This document shows positions 13,762 to 26,307 of a stretch of DNA of 32,046 nt, in pieces. The stretch's first letter is position 1. Each line of letters opens with the position of its first letter. Made by a program: the position numbers and the translations under genes. The notes beneath the pieces are model-generated. The model worked only from the letters and a program-made list of their open reading frames with translations. It ran no database searches and was not told the origin of the DNA. The DNA is from Octopus bimaculoides (Eukaryota). The stretch covers positions 4,574,149 to 4,606,194 of the forward strand of contig NC_068999.1 of the NCBI RefSeq assembly GCF_001194135.2, written 5' to 3'.

Positions 13762-14019
13762 TCAGGGTATGTCGTCATCATCTTCCCAAGGTGGCGCTGT
13801 GGGTAGCATGTGTTGGTGAAATGATGATTCCGTGAGAAACACTTGATCAGACGCTGTATCGCAGAGGAAGGGACTGAACAGACGACAGGACTCGGTCGGA
13901 GAAGGGAACGAATGATGGAAGTAGGTGGGATGGTAGACATCTTGTAATGGTTTCGTACCGATTATAATGTCCACCGGAAGTTTGATCTTGCGTGCCAATC
14001 CCGAAGGTTTGATGCTCAA
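13762..14019 (-). CDS. Alpha-arrestin terminal coding exon (end of arrestin-C domain plus tail)
   Basis: Acceptor tttctttctctcacAG (14021-14020), phase 0. 85 codons plus TGA (13764-13762): LSIKPSGLARKIKLPVDIIIGTKPL...MLPTAPPWEDDDDIP*. The LP..IIIGT.PL closing strand of arrestin-C is present. Same strand and domain order as the upstream exons; assignment to the same gene is inferred. Confidence 0.85.
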   Translation of the reverse strand: MSIKPSGLARKIKLPVDIIIGTKPLQDVYHPTYFHHSFPSPTESCRLFSPFLCDTASDQVFLTESSFHQHMLPTAPPWEDDDDIP

Positions 14020-14093
14020 CTGTGAGAGAAAGAAATAGTGATATGAATACATAGACTGAGAAATATACACATATATAAATGAATAAATACAGA

Positions 14094-14128
14094 CAGGTAG
14101 ATAGATAGATAGATAGATAGACAGACAT

Positions 14129-14222
<94 letters not shown>
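14094..14222. repeat. (GATA)n tetranucleotide repeat, upstream of the terminal-exon acceptor
   Basis: Seen directly. Confidence 0.95.
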
Positions 14223-14223
<1 letters not shown>

Positions 14224-14724
14224 CTTAGACTGACAGAGAAAAAAAAAAGAAATAAAGTAATAAGCGTAGTGTTAATGTGAAAGGATAACGCCTGCTCAAC
14301 AGCTACAAATATATAAACATAGAAATATACTTACACAGAATATAGTCACGCACACACAGACAGACACACACGATGTAGGTAGGTAGGGTAAAAGACCCAT
14401 CTGTTTCCTCTTGAGGAAAACAGCTGGGATTTTTACTCCTGATTACTAACCAGATATAAGCGCTTCATCGAAATGTAAAATGTTTATTATTTAATTCTCT
14501 ATCTGAGGAATTTCTAATAGGAAATTCCTAACATTTTCATCTAACATGTAAAACTGTAGCACCTGTTAGCAAATGAAACATGTGTAATGGTGAATAAATA
14601 ATACAAATTAATTTCTCAGCTGCCTGTGTCATTATATATAATATATATATATATGTGTGTGTGTGCGTGTGTGTGTGTGTGTGTGTACTTATGTGTGTGT
14701 GTGTAGCTCTGTGTGTATGTGTGT

Positions 14725-14759
<35 letters not shown>

Positions 14760-15722
14760 NNNNNNNNNNNNNNNNNNNNNNNNNNNNNNNNNNNNNNNNN
14801 NNNNNNNNNNNNNNNNNNNNNNNNNNNNNNNNNNNNNNNNNNNNNNNNNNNNNNNNNNNNNNNNNNNNNNNNNNNNNNNNNNNNNNNNNNNNNNNNNNNN
14901 NNNNNNNNNNNNNNNNNNNNNNNNNNNNNNNNNNNNNNNNNNNNNNNNNNNNNNNNNNNNNNNNNNNNNNNNNNNNNNNNNNNNNNNNNNNNNNNNNNNN
15001 NNNNNNNNNNNNNNNNNNNNNNNNNNNNNNNNNNNNNNNNNNNNNNNNNNNNNNNNNNNNNNNNNNNNNNNNNNNNNNNNNNNNNNNNNNNNNNNNNNNN
15101 NNNNNNNNNNNNNNNNNNNNNNNNNNNNNNNNNNNNNNNNNNNNNNNNNNNNNNNNNNNNNNNNNNNNNNNNNNNNNNNNNNNNNNNNNNNNNNNNNNNN
15201 NNNNNNNNNNNNNNNNNNNNNNNNNNNNNNNNNNNNNNNNNNNNNNNNNNNNNNNNNNNNNNNNNNNNNNNNNNNNNNNNNNNNNNNNNNNNNNNNNNNN
15301 NNNNNNNNNNNNNNNNNNNNNNNNNNNNNNNNNNNNNNNNNNNNNNNNNNNNNNNNNNNNNNNNNNNNNNNNNNNNNNNNNNNNNNNNNNNNNNNNNNNN
15401 NNNNNNNNNNNNNNNNNNNNNNNNNNNNNNNNNNNNNNNNNNNNNNNNNNNNNNNNNNNNNNNNNNNNNNNNNNNNNNNNNNNNNNNNNNNNNNNNNNNN
15501 NNNNNNNNNNNNNNNNNNNNNNNNNNNNNNNNNNNNNNNNNNNNNNNNNNNNNNNNNNNNNNNNNNNNNNNNNNNNNNNNNNNNNNNNNNNNNNNNNNNN
15601 NNNNNNNNNNNNNNNNNNNNNNNNNNNNNNNNNNNNNNNNNNNNNNNNNNNNNNNNNNNNNNNNNNNNNNNNNNNNNNNNNNNNNNNNNNNNNNNNNNNN
15701 NNNNNNNNNNNNNNNNNNNNNN

Positions 15723-15764
<42 letters not shown>

Positions 15765-15995
15765 GTGGGCGAGACAGAGATAGGTAGATGTGAGAGTGAA
15801 AGAAAGACAGCGAACAATGTATATACGAAACAGTAAGACAGAGGGGAAGTGGGGGTGGAGTCGATGTGTGACCGCTCGGACTGTGGTTGAAGTGAAAGTT
15901 CGAATTTCTCTGAAATTAACACTTTGGCGGTTTAGATGACTTACGCACATTGGATAATGTAGTCCTAGCTGCGCTCTGGTCATTGGCTCACAGCT

Positions 15996-16250
15996 TATTC
16001 TATTGACGAGGAACTGTAAACTGTACTGAAGAAGTGGCTCAAAGAACAGTCAACAGAATTTTACGGGGCAGGGATACATGCTCTCATTCGAAGGTGGAAC
16101 ATTGCTATTGAGAGAAACGGTGACTATGTTGAGAAGTAGGGATGTGATCCACAGAGGACCAGCTTCATTTTGATGTATGATACATGTTCCTGTGTTGGTA
16201 ATTATACCTGTCCTAAACAAAATGGCATTACTTTTTGACTCACCCTCGTA
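15996..16250 (+). mobile_element. Mariner (Tc1/mariner) transposon 3' remnant: transposase C-terminus, TIR and TA
   Basis: 15996-16139 translates YSIDEEL*TVLKKWLKEQSTEFYGAGIHALIRRWNIAIERNGDYVEK*, the mariner DEE...WL..Q..EFY..GI..L..RW......GDYVEK terminus. It is followed by cattactttttgactcaccctcg-TA (revcomp TA-CGAGGGTGAGTCAAAAAGTAATG), a mariner-type TIR with the TA target at 16249-16250. Confidence 0.88.
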
Positions 16251-16951
16251 TATATGTCACTGACTTTAATTCTCGCTCAAAGATTTATTATTATTATACA
16301 CACACANNNNNNNNNNNNNNNNNNNNNNNNNNNNNNNNNNNNNNNNNNNNNNNNNNNNNNNNNNNNNNNNNNNNNNNNNNNNNNNNNNNNNNNNNNNNNN
16401 NNNNNNNNNNNNNNNNNNNNNNNNNNNNNNNNNNNNNNNNNNNNNNNNNNNNNNNNNNNNNNNNNNNNNNNNNNNNNNNNNNNNNNNNNNNNNNNNNNNN
16501 NNNNNNNNNNNNNNNNNNNNNNNNNNNNNNNNNNNNNNNNNNNNNNNNNNNNNNNNNNNNNNNNNNNNNNNNNNNNNNNNNNNNNNNNNNNNNNNNNNNN
16601 NNNNNNNNNNNNNNNNNNNNNNNNNNNNNNNNNNNNNNNNNNNNNNNNNNNNNNNNNNNNNNNNNNNNNNNNNNNNNNNNNNNNNNNNNNNNNNNNNNNN
16701 NNNNNNNNNNNNNNNNNNNNNNNNNNNNNNNNNNNNNNNNNNNNNNNNNNNNNNNNNNNNNNNNNNNNNNNNNNNNNNNNNNNNNNNNNNNNNNNNNNNN
16801 NNNNNNNNNNNNNNNNNNNNNNNNNNNNNNNNNNNNNNNNNNNNNNNNNNNNNNNNNNNNNNNNNNNNNNNNNNNNNNNNNNNNNNNNNNNNNNNNNNNN
16901 NNNNNNNNNNNNNNNNNNNNNNNNNNNNNNNNNNNNNNNNNNNNNNNNNNN

Positions 16952-16982
<31 letters not shown>

Positions 16983-17912
16983 TCTCTCTGGACTTCCCTG
17001 CTTCTGACGAAACGAAACGTTAACTACAACTCTTCACCGAGCGTCCAATCAATATATTTCTGGTGTACATCCTCACGTTCGCTTTTTCTTTTTTCTCTGC
17101 TTTTTAATTGTTTGTTTATTTGAATTGACTATATATACACACACACATATATATTTATATATACACATAAGATGTGGCTCTGATATTAGTCATATCAATA
17201 TCACAAGAAACCTAGATAATGGTTGAGTCAGGACTAAACAATTTGATTGAAGCTGATAAAATGTATCGATGTTGTTTTTAGCATCATCTATGCAGATCCT
17301 CAATCCAAATGAAGAAAACCCGCATCCCGTTCGCTCAAAAACCCTAAAACACCCCTTCATGTAGGTCCTCACAAAGCAGCAAGCGCTTGCCCTGTTCAAG
17401 CAAGGTCCTAGTCAGCAAGTTCCTTATATGCCGTTCACTCCAGATCTTTAACACAACTTATTTTATCAAATGTTCTTTTTCCAAGTTTCGGAGTAGAGTG
17501 AGTTTATTCCGTGTTACGATGGAATAATACGAATTAATACGCTTTGGTCTTTTTATATCGAGTTCCAAGCCGTCCTGTTCTCTCGAAAACTCCACACTAA
17601 CCTGAAATTTCCATCATTTCAATCATAAAAGAGTGAAATCAAATGAGAACGAAATGAAATTTATTCCTACAAAGAAGCCATCCATTGTATAAAACCAGCC
17701 ACTTTGAACGAGACCAAGGAGAGAAAGAAAGACGGAAAGAACGAAGGGGGGAAAGAAATCAAAGCGACCAGAGGAACCTATAAACTACCAAGCGAAGGAT
17801 AATAAAGAAAAAAATAAAATAAAACGGTGGTGGGAGGGGAGAAATCTCATATAAGCGAAATTGCGAATGGAACAGGAGAGAATATATCTAAAAATATAAT
17901 CATGTTGCAATG

Positions 17913-17946
<34 letters not shown>

Positions 17947-18130
17947 ACATAATTAAAAAAAAAGATAAAATTATGGTTATGAAGAATTTTCTTGTGTATG
18001 GCAAAATTAATGATTTCTATTATTCATATCTTTTGTAAAACACTTTTTTAACAATAGTAATCTACAATCTCGCTCTCTCTGTCTCTCTCTTCCGCCTACA
18101 TTTTTCTTGTCTTTCATTTATTCTACACGC

Positions 18131-18132
18131 TC

Positions 18133-18169
<37 letters not shown>

Positions 18170-18176
18170 ATATCTA

Positions 18177-18228
<52 letters not shown>

Positions 18229-18263
18229 CGTCCATCTATCTATCTATCTACCTATCTGTCTAT
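18131..18263. repeat. (TCTA)n tetranucleotide repeat
   Basis: Seen directly. Confidence 0.95.
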
Positions 18264-18474
18264 CTGATTTTTCTCTCTATCTCCCCGGTTCGTTCCTGCC
18301 TTTCACGTTTGATACGAAATACATTGAGAAGGGAAGAAGCCTTCTCCCGTTTCATTTCTGCTGAAGTGTGAAAATAGAAATGGGAAAGTCTAAAAATAGA
18401 ACACATTACAGGAAAGAAAGAAAGAGAAAAGGGGAGAGAGAAAGAGAGAAAGAAAGAGAAAGGAAACAATTGCA

Positions 18475-18507
<33 letters not shown>

Positions 18508-18614
18508 GTACACACACATATGTACACATCATATATATACATATGTATTCCTGCATGTGTGTGTGCGTGTGTGCGTGCGTGCGTGCGTCCGTGTGTGCGT
18601 GCGCGCGTGCGTGC

Positions 18615-18670
<56 letters not shown>

Positions 18671-19100
18671 ATATTTGTATTTATGTATATAAAGTCTTCG
18701 AGTGCTTGTGTTTGTGTATTTTACGCTTGCTGCAATAAAATTTATTCAACAGAAATAAACATAAGGGTATCAATGACGTCACATCCACCCTTAGCTGGTG
18801 AAGGGGTCCATGGTTTCCACCTCCACCCTTACGTGACAGAGTGCCGAGAGACTCGATTCTACTTTTAGTTGGGTAGGTGTCGATATCTGTGGATACGTGT
18901 ATATATGTGTGTGTATAGAAAACCTTCCCGAATTATAGACACACATAAGATCGATCTCCAGGTTTCCGTGGCGCTAATATTCAGTCCCCCGGGGGTATTT
19001 TTTACCTCTTTCTTGTTTCAGGCATTTGACTGCAGCCATGTCGTAAATGTCTGTGGGTAGGCATACAGGATTTGACTGAATGATTCCATTTCTGGAATCA

Positions 19101-19655
19101 TTCGTTTGCGGTCGTTTCCAACCACATAGTTCCCGGTTCAGTCCCACTGCGTGACACCTTGAGCAAGTGTCTTCTGCTATAACCTCGGGCCGACCAAAGC
19201 CCTGTGAGCGGATTTGGTAGACGGAAACCGAAAGAAACCCGGGTATACGTATATGTGTATNNNNNNNNNNNNNNNNNNNNNNNNNNNNNNNNNNNNNNNN
19301 NNNNNNNNNNNNNNNNNNNNNNNNNNNNNNNNNNNNNNNNNNNNNNNNNNNNNNNNNNNNNNNNNNNNNNNNNNNNNNNNNNNNNNNNNNNNNNNNNNNN
19401 NNNNNNNNNNNNNNNNNNNNNNNNNGGTGGGTTTTTGTGTGTGTGCGAGTATGTGTTTGTCCCTCACCATCTCTTAGCAACCGATGTTAGTGTGTTTACA
19501 TCACTATAACGTTGCAGTTCGGAAATAAAGACCGATAGAATTAGTACCAGGCTTTAAAAAAAAGTAAGTACTAAGGTCGATTCATTCGACTAGAAATTCT
19601 TCAAGGTGGTGCCCCAGTATGGCCACAGTATAATGAAGGAAACAACTATAATGTA
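19101..19655 (+). mobile_element. tRNA-type SINE, family 1 (head, central microsatellite/gap, tail)
   Basis: Head ggttcagtcccactgcgtgacaccttgagcaagtgtcttc...atttggtagacggaaa; tail gtcgattcattcgact...cttcaaggtggtgccccagtatggcc. Shared with copies at 21950 (inverted) and 29690. Confidence 0.75.
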
Positions 19656-20124
19656 AAAGATAAAAGAAGGAATAAATATCCGACATTAAGTGCCATTGCA
19701 AAGTTATATTTAGGTTTGTTGTTATTGCGTTCACACAAACTTCACGCAGACTGATTTGAATGTTTGACACATTTTTGGCCGTTATTTCTGCTACGTAAAC
19801 AACTGGCGTGTCAGCAGTGTTTATTTTTTATACTAATGATTACTATGGAGTATACCCATGGGCTTAGAGTTGTTACTACTTGAATATGCTATATATATAT
19901 CTGTAACTCTGTCGATCAACTGAATTGACGTCTAACTGGTTGAGTGCACCATACACATGTCTACTCTTTGATATAGAATCAATGTGACATTGTGTAAGAA
20001 TGGCTGCACATTTTGAACTGCGCTTACACTCCACTGAAAAGGATTCTTTATATATATATATATATATATCTCCATAAATATATATATATTTACCCACATC
20101 GAGGTGTCATTCTTTTGTTGTCGC

Positions 20125-20179
<55 letters not shown>

Positions 20180-20860
20180 AATTATTATTATTATACATAC
20201 AGGATATGCTTAGTAATACTAATTTCTATAAATTTCCCAATTCATTGGTTATCTATTTACTATCTTCATTTTAATTTATCATTAATTGATTATGTCACAT
20301 TAATTTAATTTCATATTAATTAATTTATTTATTCAAAAACGAAGCTTTACTTCAGCCTGATATTAATCTTGCTTTATCATCGTATATTTAATATTCCCCA
20401 TAATCTTAGAGTCATNNNNNNNNNNNNNNNNNNNNNNNNNNNNNNNNNNNNNNNNNNNNNNNNNNNNNNNNNNNNNNNNNNNNNNNNNNNNNNNNNNNNN
20501 NNNNNNNNNNNNNNNNNNNNNNNNNNNNNNNNNNNNNNNNNNNNNNNNNNNNNNNNNNNNNNNNNNNNNNNNNNNNNNNNNNNNNNNNNNNNNNNNNNNN
20601 NNNNNNNNNNNNNNNNNNNNNNNNNNNNNNNNNNNNNNNNNNNNNNNNNNNNNNNNNNNNNNNNNNNNNNNNNNNNNNNNNNNNNNNNNNNNNNNNNNNN
20701 NNNNNNNNNNNNNNNNNNNNNNNNNTGTATATATATATTCTTTTTCTTTTTTTCTTTTATTCGTTACAGTTATTTGACTGTGGCCGGAGAGAGGTATTTT
20801 GGAAAAATTTTTATTGATTAAATTTGGGGTTATATAGCCAAGATCATCTTTATCGCAGTC

Positions 20861-20901
20861 TGACAATGACTTAGCTGGTCGAAACTTCGAAGTCACTGTC
20901 A
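20861..20901. mobile_element. Internally deleted copy of the foldback element at 31823-31941
   Basis: 20880-20901 matches 31905-31926 at 21/22; tgacaatgactt (20861-20872) is an 11/12 inverted repeat of aagtcactgtca (20890-20901). Confidence 0.55.
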
Positions 20902-21013
20902 GTAATATTCTTGTTTAAAGAATAATAAATTTGTACTCTACAAAAGTACAGAATGACCCATCAGATTAATGTAAAATTGCTTTTTTTATAACTGAACATA
21001 GAAACAAATATTA

Positions 21014-21046
<33 letters not shown>

Positions 21047-21949
21047 TATATATATACATATATATGTATGTATATGTATATGTATATATGTGTGAATGTG
21101 TATGTATATACTTATGTACTTATGTATATATATACATACATACATGTGTGTGTGTATTTAATTTCATTTCTTATCTGGTCTCCATTTTGTTCTAATTATA
21201 GAAATTTCTTTCGTATTAAGATGTTTAGATAGAAGTATCTGATTTTTCCTCTCTTGTCAATTTTCTTAAAATTGCTGAATATGACTTCTGGAAGTCTTTT
21301 GAATAAATTTAATTTCAAATTCAATTAACTTGCTATCTTCGAATTAATTTAATTCGGATCCCAATTAACTTAGCATAATTTTAAATAAACATTAATCCAT
21401 AAATTTTTACGTATGTATCTGACGTATGCTTGATTCTTTATATTTTAATTTAACCCACGGAAAATAATAAACGTTGTTATTAGCAATAACATAGCTTATG
21501 CAATAAAATACAAGTATAAAGACGTTTCATCTATAAAAGACAATAATTTACTTCAGAACATCATATATGCTTCAATCAATGACAGATCAAAGTGTCTATT
21601 TAAACAATAGCATCGTTCGATTAGTTTCAATTTACAAATAAATTTAACCGAGCTTTTAACTTTTCATCTTAAAATACTGTTTCAGCTTTCTTTCTTCTTC
21701 TCTTAATCATCTTACGCCTTTACTTTTTTTCTCTCCTTTCCTTTCTGTCTTTCTTATTTTTCTTTTCTATCGATCTTTTCTTGTTTCTCTCCTCCCACCA
21801 CACCTTCTTTATCTTGCTGCCTCGCTTTGTTTCAACGTTTCTCTTCTTTCTATTTTAAATTAAAATACAAATGGAACTAAACGAAGTAACTTTCATATTT
21901 CTGATGAGCTTCTGTGAAATAGCGAAACCTGTTCGTATTCCAGAAGACA

Positions 21950-22345
21950 TCCTCTTTGTTTCAATCATTAGGTTGCGGCTATGCTGGGGCACGGCCTTTG
22001 AAGAACTTTCAGTCGAATGAATCGACACCAGTAATTAATTTTTTTTCAAAGCCTGGTACNNNNNNNNNNNNNNNNNNNNNNNNNNNNNNNNNNNNNNNNN
22101 NNNNNNNNNNNNNNNNNNNNNNNNNNNNNNNNNNNNNNNNNNNNNNNNNNNNNNNNNNNNNNNNNNNNNNNNNNNNNNNNNNNNNNNNNNNNNNNNNNNN
22201 NNNNNNNNNNNNNNNNNNNNNATATATATATATATATATATATATATAGTAGAAGATATTTGCCTAAAATTCCACGCAGTGGGACTGAACCCGGAACTTG
22301 TAGCTTAGAAGCAAGCTTCTTACCACAGCCACTTCTGCACCTATA
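21950..22345 (-). mobile_element. tRNA-type SINE, family 1, inverted relative to the 19101 copy
   Basis: 22273-22290 is the exact revcomp (18/18) of 19136-19153; 21957-22027 is the revcomp of a tail similar to 19577-19645. Confidence 0.75.
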
Positions 22346-23389
22346 TATGCATATTATTGTTTACCAGAAATTACAAAAGTGATTCATGGACAAAGAGTTT
22401 CGTACATGGATCTTATGAAAGAATGGTGATTATTTGCCAGTTGTTAATAAGTAAATGAAATGATTACTTTTTCTAAGTAGCAGTTACTATCCATCTACAT
22501 CAACGAGATATGACCCACTCATAACACTAGAATGACCCGCTCATAACAACACATTTTTCTGAAGTCTATGATTATTTTCTCTCTTATATTTGAAAAGGAG
22601 AACTTCCCCGAAATATTGTAGGATCAATGAAAAACTTATATAAAGAACTAATCTCTTATTTTGTTTCGATTCATTGGCATCACCTAACATATTCTTTCCA
22701 TTAGAATTGGTCAAACACTTTTGGAAGAATTTATCTCAAACACACATAGACACACATAGACACACATACACACACACACATTTATATATAACAATGAGTA
22801 TATTATTTATAATGTACATATAAACATAGAACAGCATTAGTTAGATGTATACACACACTCACATACACATAGAGAGATAGATAGACAGACAGACACACAA
22901 GTAAATAGACAGATAGATAGAGAAAGAGAAAGAGAGTGAGAGAGTGAGAGATAGATAAATAGATGTGCGTCAGCATCGCATTCTCCACATATATATATGC
23001 ACCTCTATGCATTACTTATAATGTATATGCATTCACTAATTGCAATGCAACATTAACCATGTATAAATATACATGCATGAAAAGCATATACACAAACATC
23101 TAACATTTTATGTGAAGTTGATAAAATATTCTTATAATTGGCTTCATTATTCATTTCCCAATCAATCTGCTACATGTAGGTATGTAGGTATGTATGGACA
23201 CATGCATGTATATACTGATAATATGTGTGTAATGTCATGTATGTATATACGTGTGTGTGTGTACGTACGTATGTATGTATTTATATGGAGGTGTATGCAT
23301 TCTTAATGCCACCATTTTAATATTGCGTCCCACTTTCTCTTTACCTAAACTGACTGACACAACGCATCTGCTTTGAGTTGCGCCGCGAG

Positions 23390-23426
<37 letters not shown>

Positions 23427-23601
23427 ATGTATATACACGCACATATACTGACATAAGTTTGGTAGCACAGACAGGAGAATAAACGCAATGCCTGAGTTTA
23501 TATATTATTATCATTATTATAGTTGTTGCTGTTGTTGTTATTTTAAATGATAATAATAATGATGATAATAATAATAACCCCTACGAAAATAAGTTTACAC
23601 A

Positions 23602-23645
<44 letters not shown>

Positions 23646-23861
23646 NNNNNNNNNNNNNNNNNNNNNNNNNNNNNNNNNNNNNNNNNNNNNNNNNNNNNNN
23701 NNNNNNNNNNNNNNNNNNNNNNNNNNNNNNNNNNNNNNNNNNNNNNNNNNNNNNNNNNNNNNNNNNNNNNNNNNNNNNNNNNNNNNNNNNNNNNNNNNNN
23801 NNNNNNNNNNNNNNNNNNNNNNNNNNNNNNNNNNNNNATATATATATATATATATATACAT

Positions 23862-23897
<36 letters not shown>

Positions 23898-24048
23898 GCA
23901 GACATATGTGTACGCACTCCCTGCACGCGCAAAGGTTCTCAAAAATGTACATACACATACCTAAAAACATAGACATATATATGTATATACAAAATGTGTA
24001 CGTATGTATATGTATGCAGACATATATATATATGTATATATGTATACA

Positions 24049-24102
<54 letters not shown>

Positions 24103-24604
24103 TATATGTATATTCGTCTCTCCTTTTCCCACGTGCACCCATCCACCCCTATACACACGTGCCCAAATATTCTATGCAGCGGAATTGGTATCTCAGGAAA
24201 AACTTCTGAAGAACCGGCTTTGGTAAGTGTTTGTACTAATAAAAGCATCTAATTATCTAATTGCTAATTACTTGTCAGTTGTTGCTTAATTAGACATATT
24301 GTTAATATGAAAATGATGTGATTAATTATTCTATAGTAAACTGCTAGTTACTGACAGTCGACATCAATTGAAGTACCAGGATCTTGAGTTCGATCTCTGA
24401 TCACGGTCTGTTCAGTTTTCCCTGTCCTTGAAGTCCTGTCTTGTTGTTTGTAGAATATAGACGTTAGATCTAGTGGCCACCACTCTCTAATGGTGCTCGC
24501 TGAGATCAGGATTGGTGGTGGCTGATAATGTAATTGTATTTGCTTAGCCTGAAACCAGCCCCTAAGTAACAGACCTACGATCAAAGACATTCCACTATTT
24601 GCTC

Positions 24605-24700
24605 TCGTTCTTTATGTTCTGAGTTCGAATTGTATCAAGTACTGGGGTCGATGGTATTGACAAGTCCCTCCCCTCAAAACTGGTAATTTTGGGCCTAAAT
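24605..24700 (+). mobile_element. Internally deleted SINE, family 2
   Basis: tgttctgagttcgaatt joined to aagtactggggtcgat...gtccctcccc; both segments are present in the 28030-28243 copy. Confidence 0.5.
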
Positions 24701-26179
24701 TTAAAAGTATTATTTTACTCTACCACGGCGAAAACAACAACAAAAAAAGTTAAGGAATAAAACAAATATAAAATTTTACGTGCCGATGTCTATTTTCCAA
24801 CGTTTATGAACCACCATTTTGAGAAACTCAGAAATAAACATCTTAAACGGTAGCTTCTTGTCAAAACAGAAACACTAACCGGATTATTAGAAAACAGAAC
24901 ACATCTTGATGAAAGCACAGATTTTTGGCACTTCCATGTATTTATCTATTTACTTGGAACTTTACCTCAAAACGAAGATAAAAAAAATGATTACAAGTAG
25001 AAGTAAAGAAAAAATAACATCTTCCAATGTTTAAATGTTATTTTAAAAATTTTGAAAGGATAACGTGAATAATATATAACAAAAACTTCACAAACAAACC
25101 CCCAAAACAAATAAATTGTTAATATAATTTAAGTTTCCATATTATATGGAGGCCACGTACGTGTTTGACAGAAGAGCGGTAGTAAGCTTATTACGTACTC
25201 ACACACACACACACACACTCACGCACACGCACGCACGCACGCACGCGTGTGCGTAATACATACATGCATAAACATAGATTTGTGTATTTGTATCATGTCC
25301 ACGTAGAATTATGGTCGATGAAATATGTAGAGTGGCATGCGGTTTGTGTATGTAAATATACACTCGCTCTTTCCTGGAAACATGTATCATTTCTTGTGTG
25401 TGTATACATCTGTTACAGGTGTACACAAGTTTATCAGTATATACATAAATTCAAAAGTATAATACACATATGTCTGTATAATATATATGTGTGTATGTGT
25501 ACATATATGTAAAATATTTATGTATGTATGTATATATAAATAGATAATTAGATACATACATACATTTTTACATTTTTTGTTAAATCATAAAAAAAGTATG
25601 TTTATGTATGTACGTGAATCTCTGTATATATGTGTATATGTTTATATATATATGCATATATATACATATATAGTTACACATTTATTTATATTCCTAAAAG
25701 ATATGGTAAAACACGCACGCACACACACACCTACATGCATATAGATACACATGCATACACACCACATATACGTACATATATATATACATACATGTTTGCA
25801 CACATAACATAGATATAATATATGCTACGCTAAAAGTTATGTTAAAAGTTTATTTTACTTTAAACATGTCGTAAATGATACAACTTAGTTCGACGCACCC
25901 CCTGTGCTACCGACATCTTGGTGGATGTACCCCTCCCCCACCCCACCCCGATCACCTCACATTTCATTTCGGAGCCAGACTACACATAATATACATTTCT
26001 GATACACCACTCTTTATACGGCTATATGGGTGGAAGGTAGTTTGATAATTAACCCCGACGCTTCAAGTTCGAGCCCAGAGTGAATCAGTCAAGGTAAATG
26101 TATTACATACACGCGCGCACATATAATTCTCTGTGTACTGTTCGCTTGTTGATAGGGTCACCAAGAGATAAATACAATT

Positions 26180-26307
26180 TACTTCAAGTTTCATGGTTGG
26201 ATAGTACAATAATCGGAAAGGCTTATATAGCGTACTGTGCACAATCCGGCAATGCTGGATATTGCACGGTACAACTATTGCATTATCCGAACATAAAACT
26301 TGAAGTA
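26180..26307. mobile_element. 128-bp foldback MITE-like element bounded by TA (Tc1/mariner type)
   Basis: Outer arms 26180-26211 and 26276-26307 are 27/32 inverted-identical and begin/end with TA. Inner arms 26233-26251 and 26253-26271 are 15/19 inverted-identical. Confidence 0.65.

Noticed and set aside
13702-13764. Possible stop-codon readthrough (P-TGA-SPYFRPF...) restoring a PY motif
   Set aside because: The extension gives P-X-S-P-Y, which is not PPxY, and the TGA-A context is not the leaky TGA-CTAG type.
14335-14440. Minus-strand GVKIPAV...LPYLPTSCVCLCVRDYIL followed by GTAAGT, superficially like the missing arrestin-C exon
   Set aside because: The donor falls at phase 1, but the next exon needs phase 0. 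The frame hits TAG/TAA just upstream, and the sequence is largely simple repeat (CCTA, CTGT, GT).
17190-17620. Non-repetitive stretch examined as a candidate for the missing exon
   Set aside because: The minus-strand frames I translated showed no arrestin-C motifs, and the best acceptor frame stops without a donor.
19101-19260. tRNA genes suggested by A/B-box-like motifs here and at 26983 and 28243
   Set aside because: No cloverleaf or acceptor stem; the motifs continue into shared SINE bodies.
24348-24590. 80-aa minus-strand ORF with a plausible acceptor inside the arrestin intron
   Set aside because: No arrestin motifs, ends in a stop, and it sits next to SINE-like sequence.
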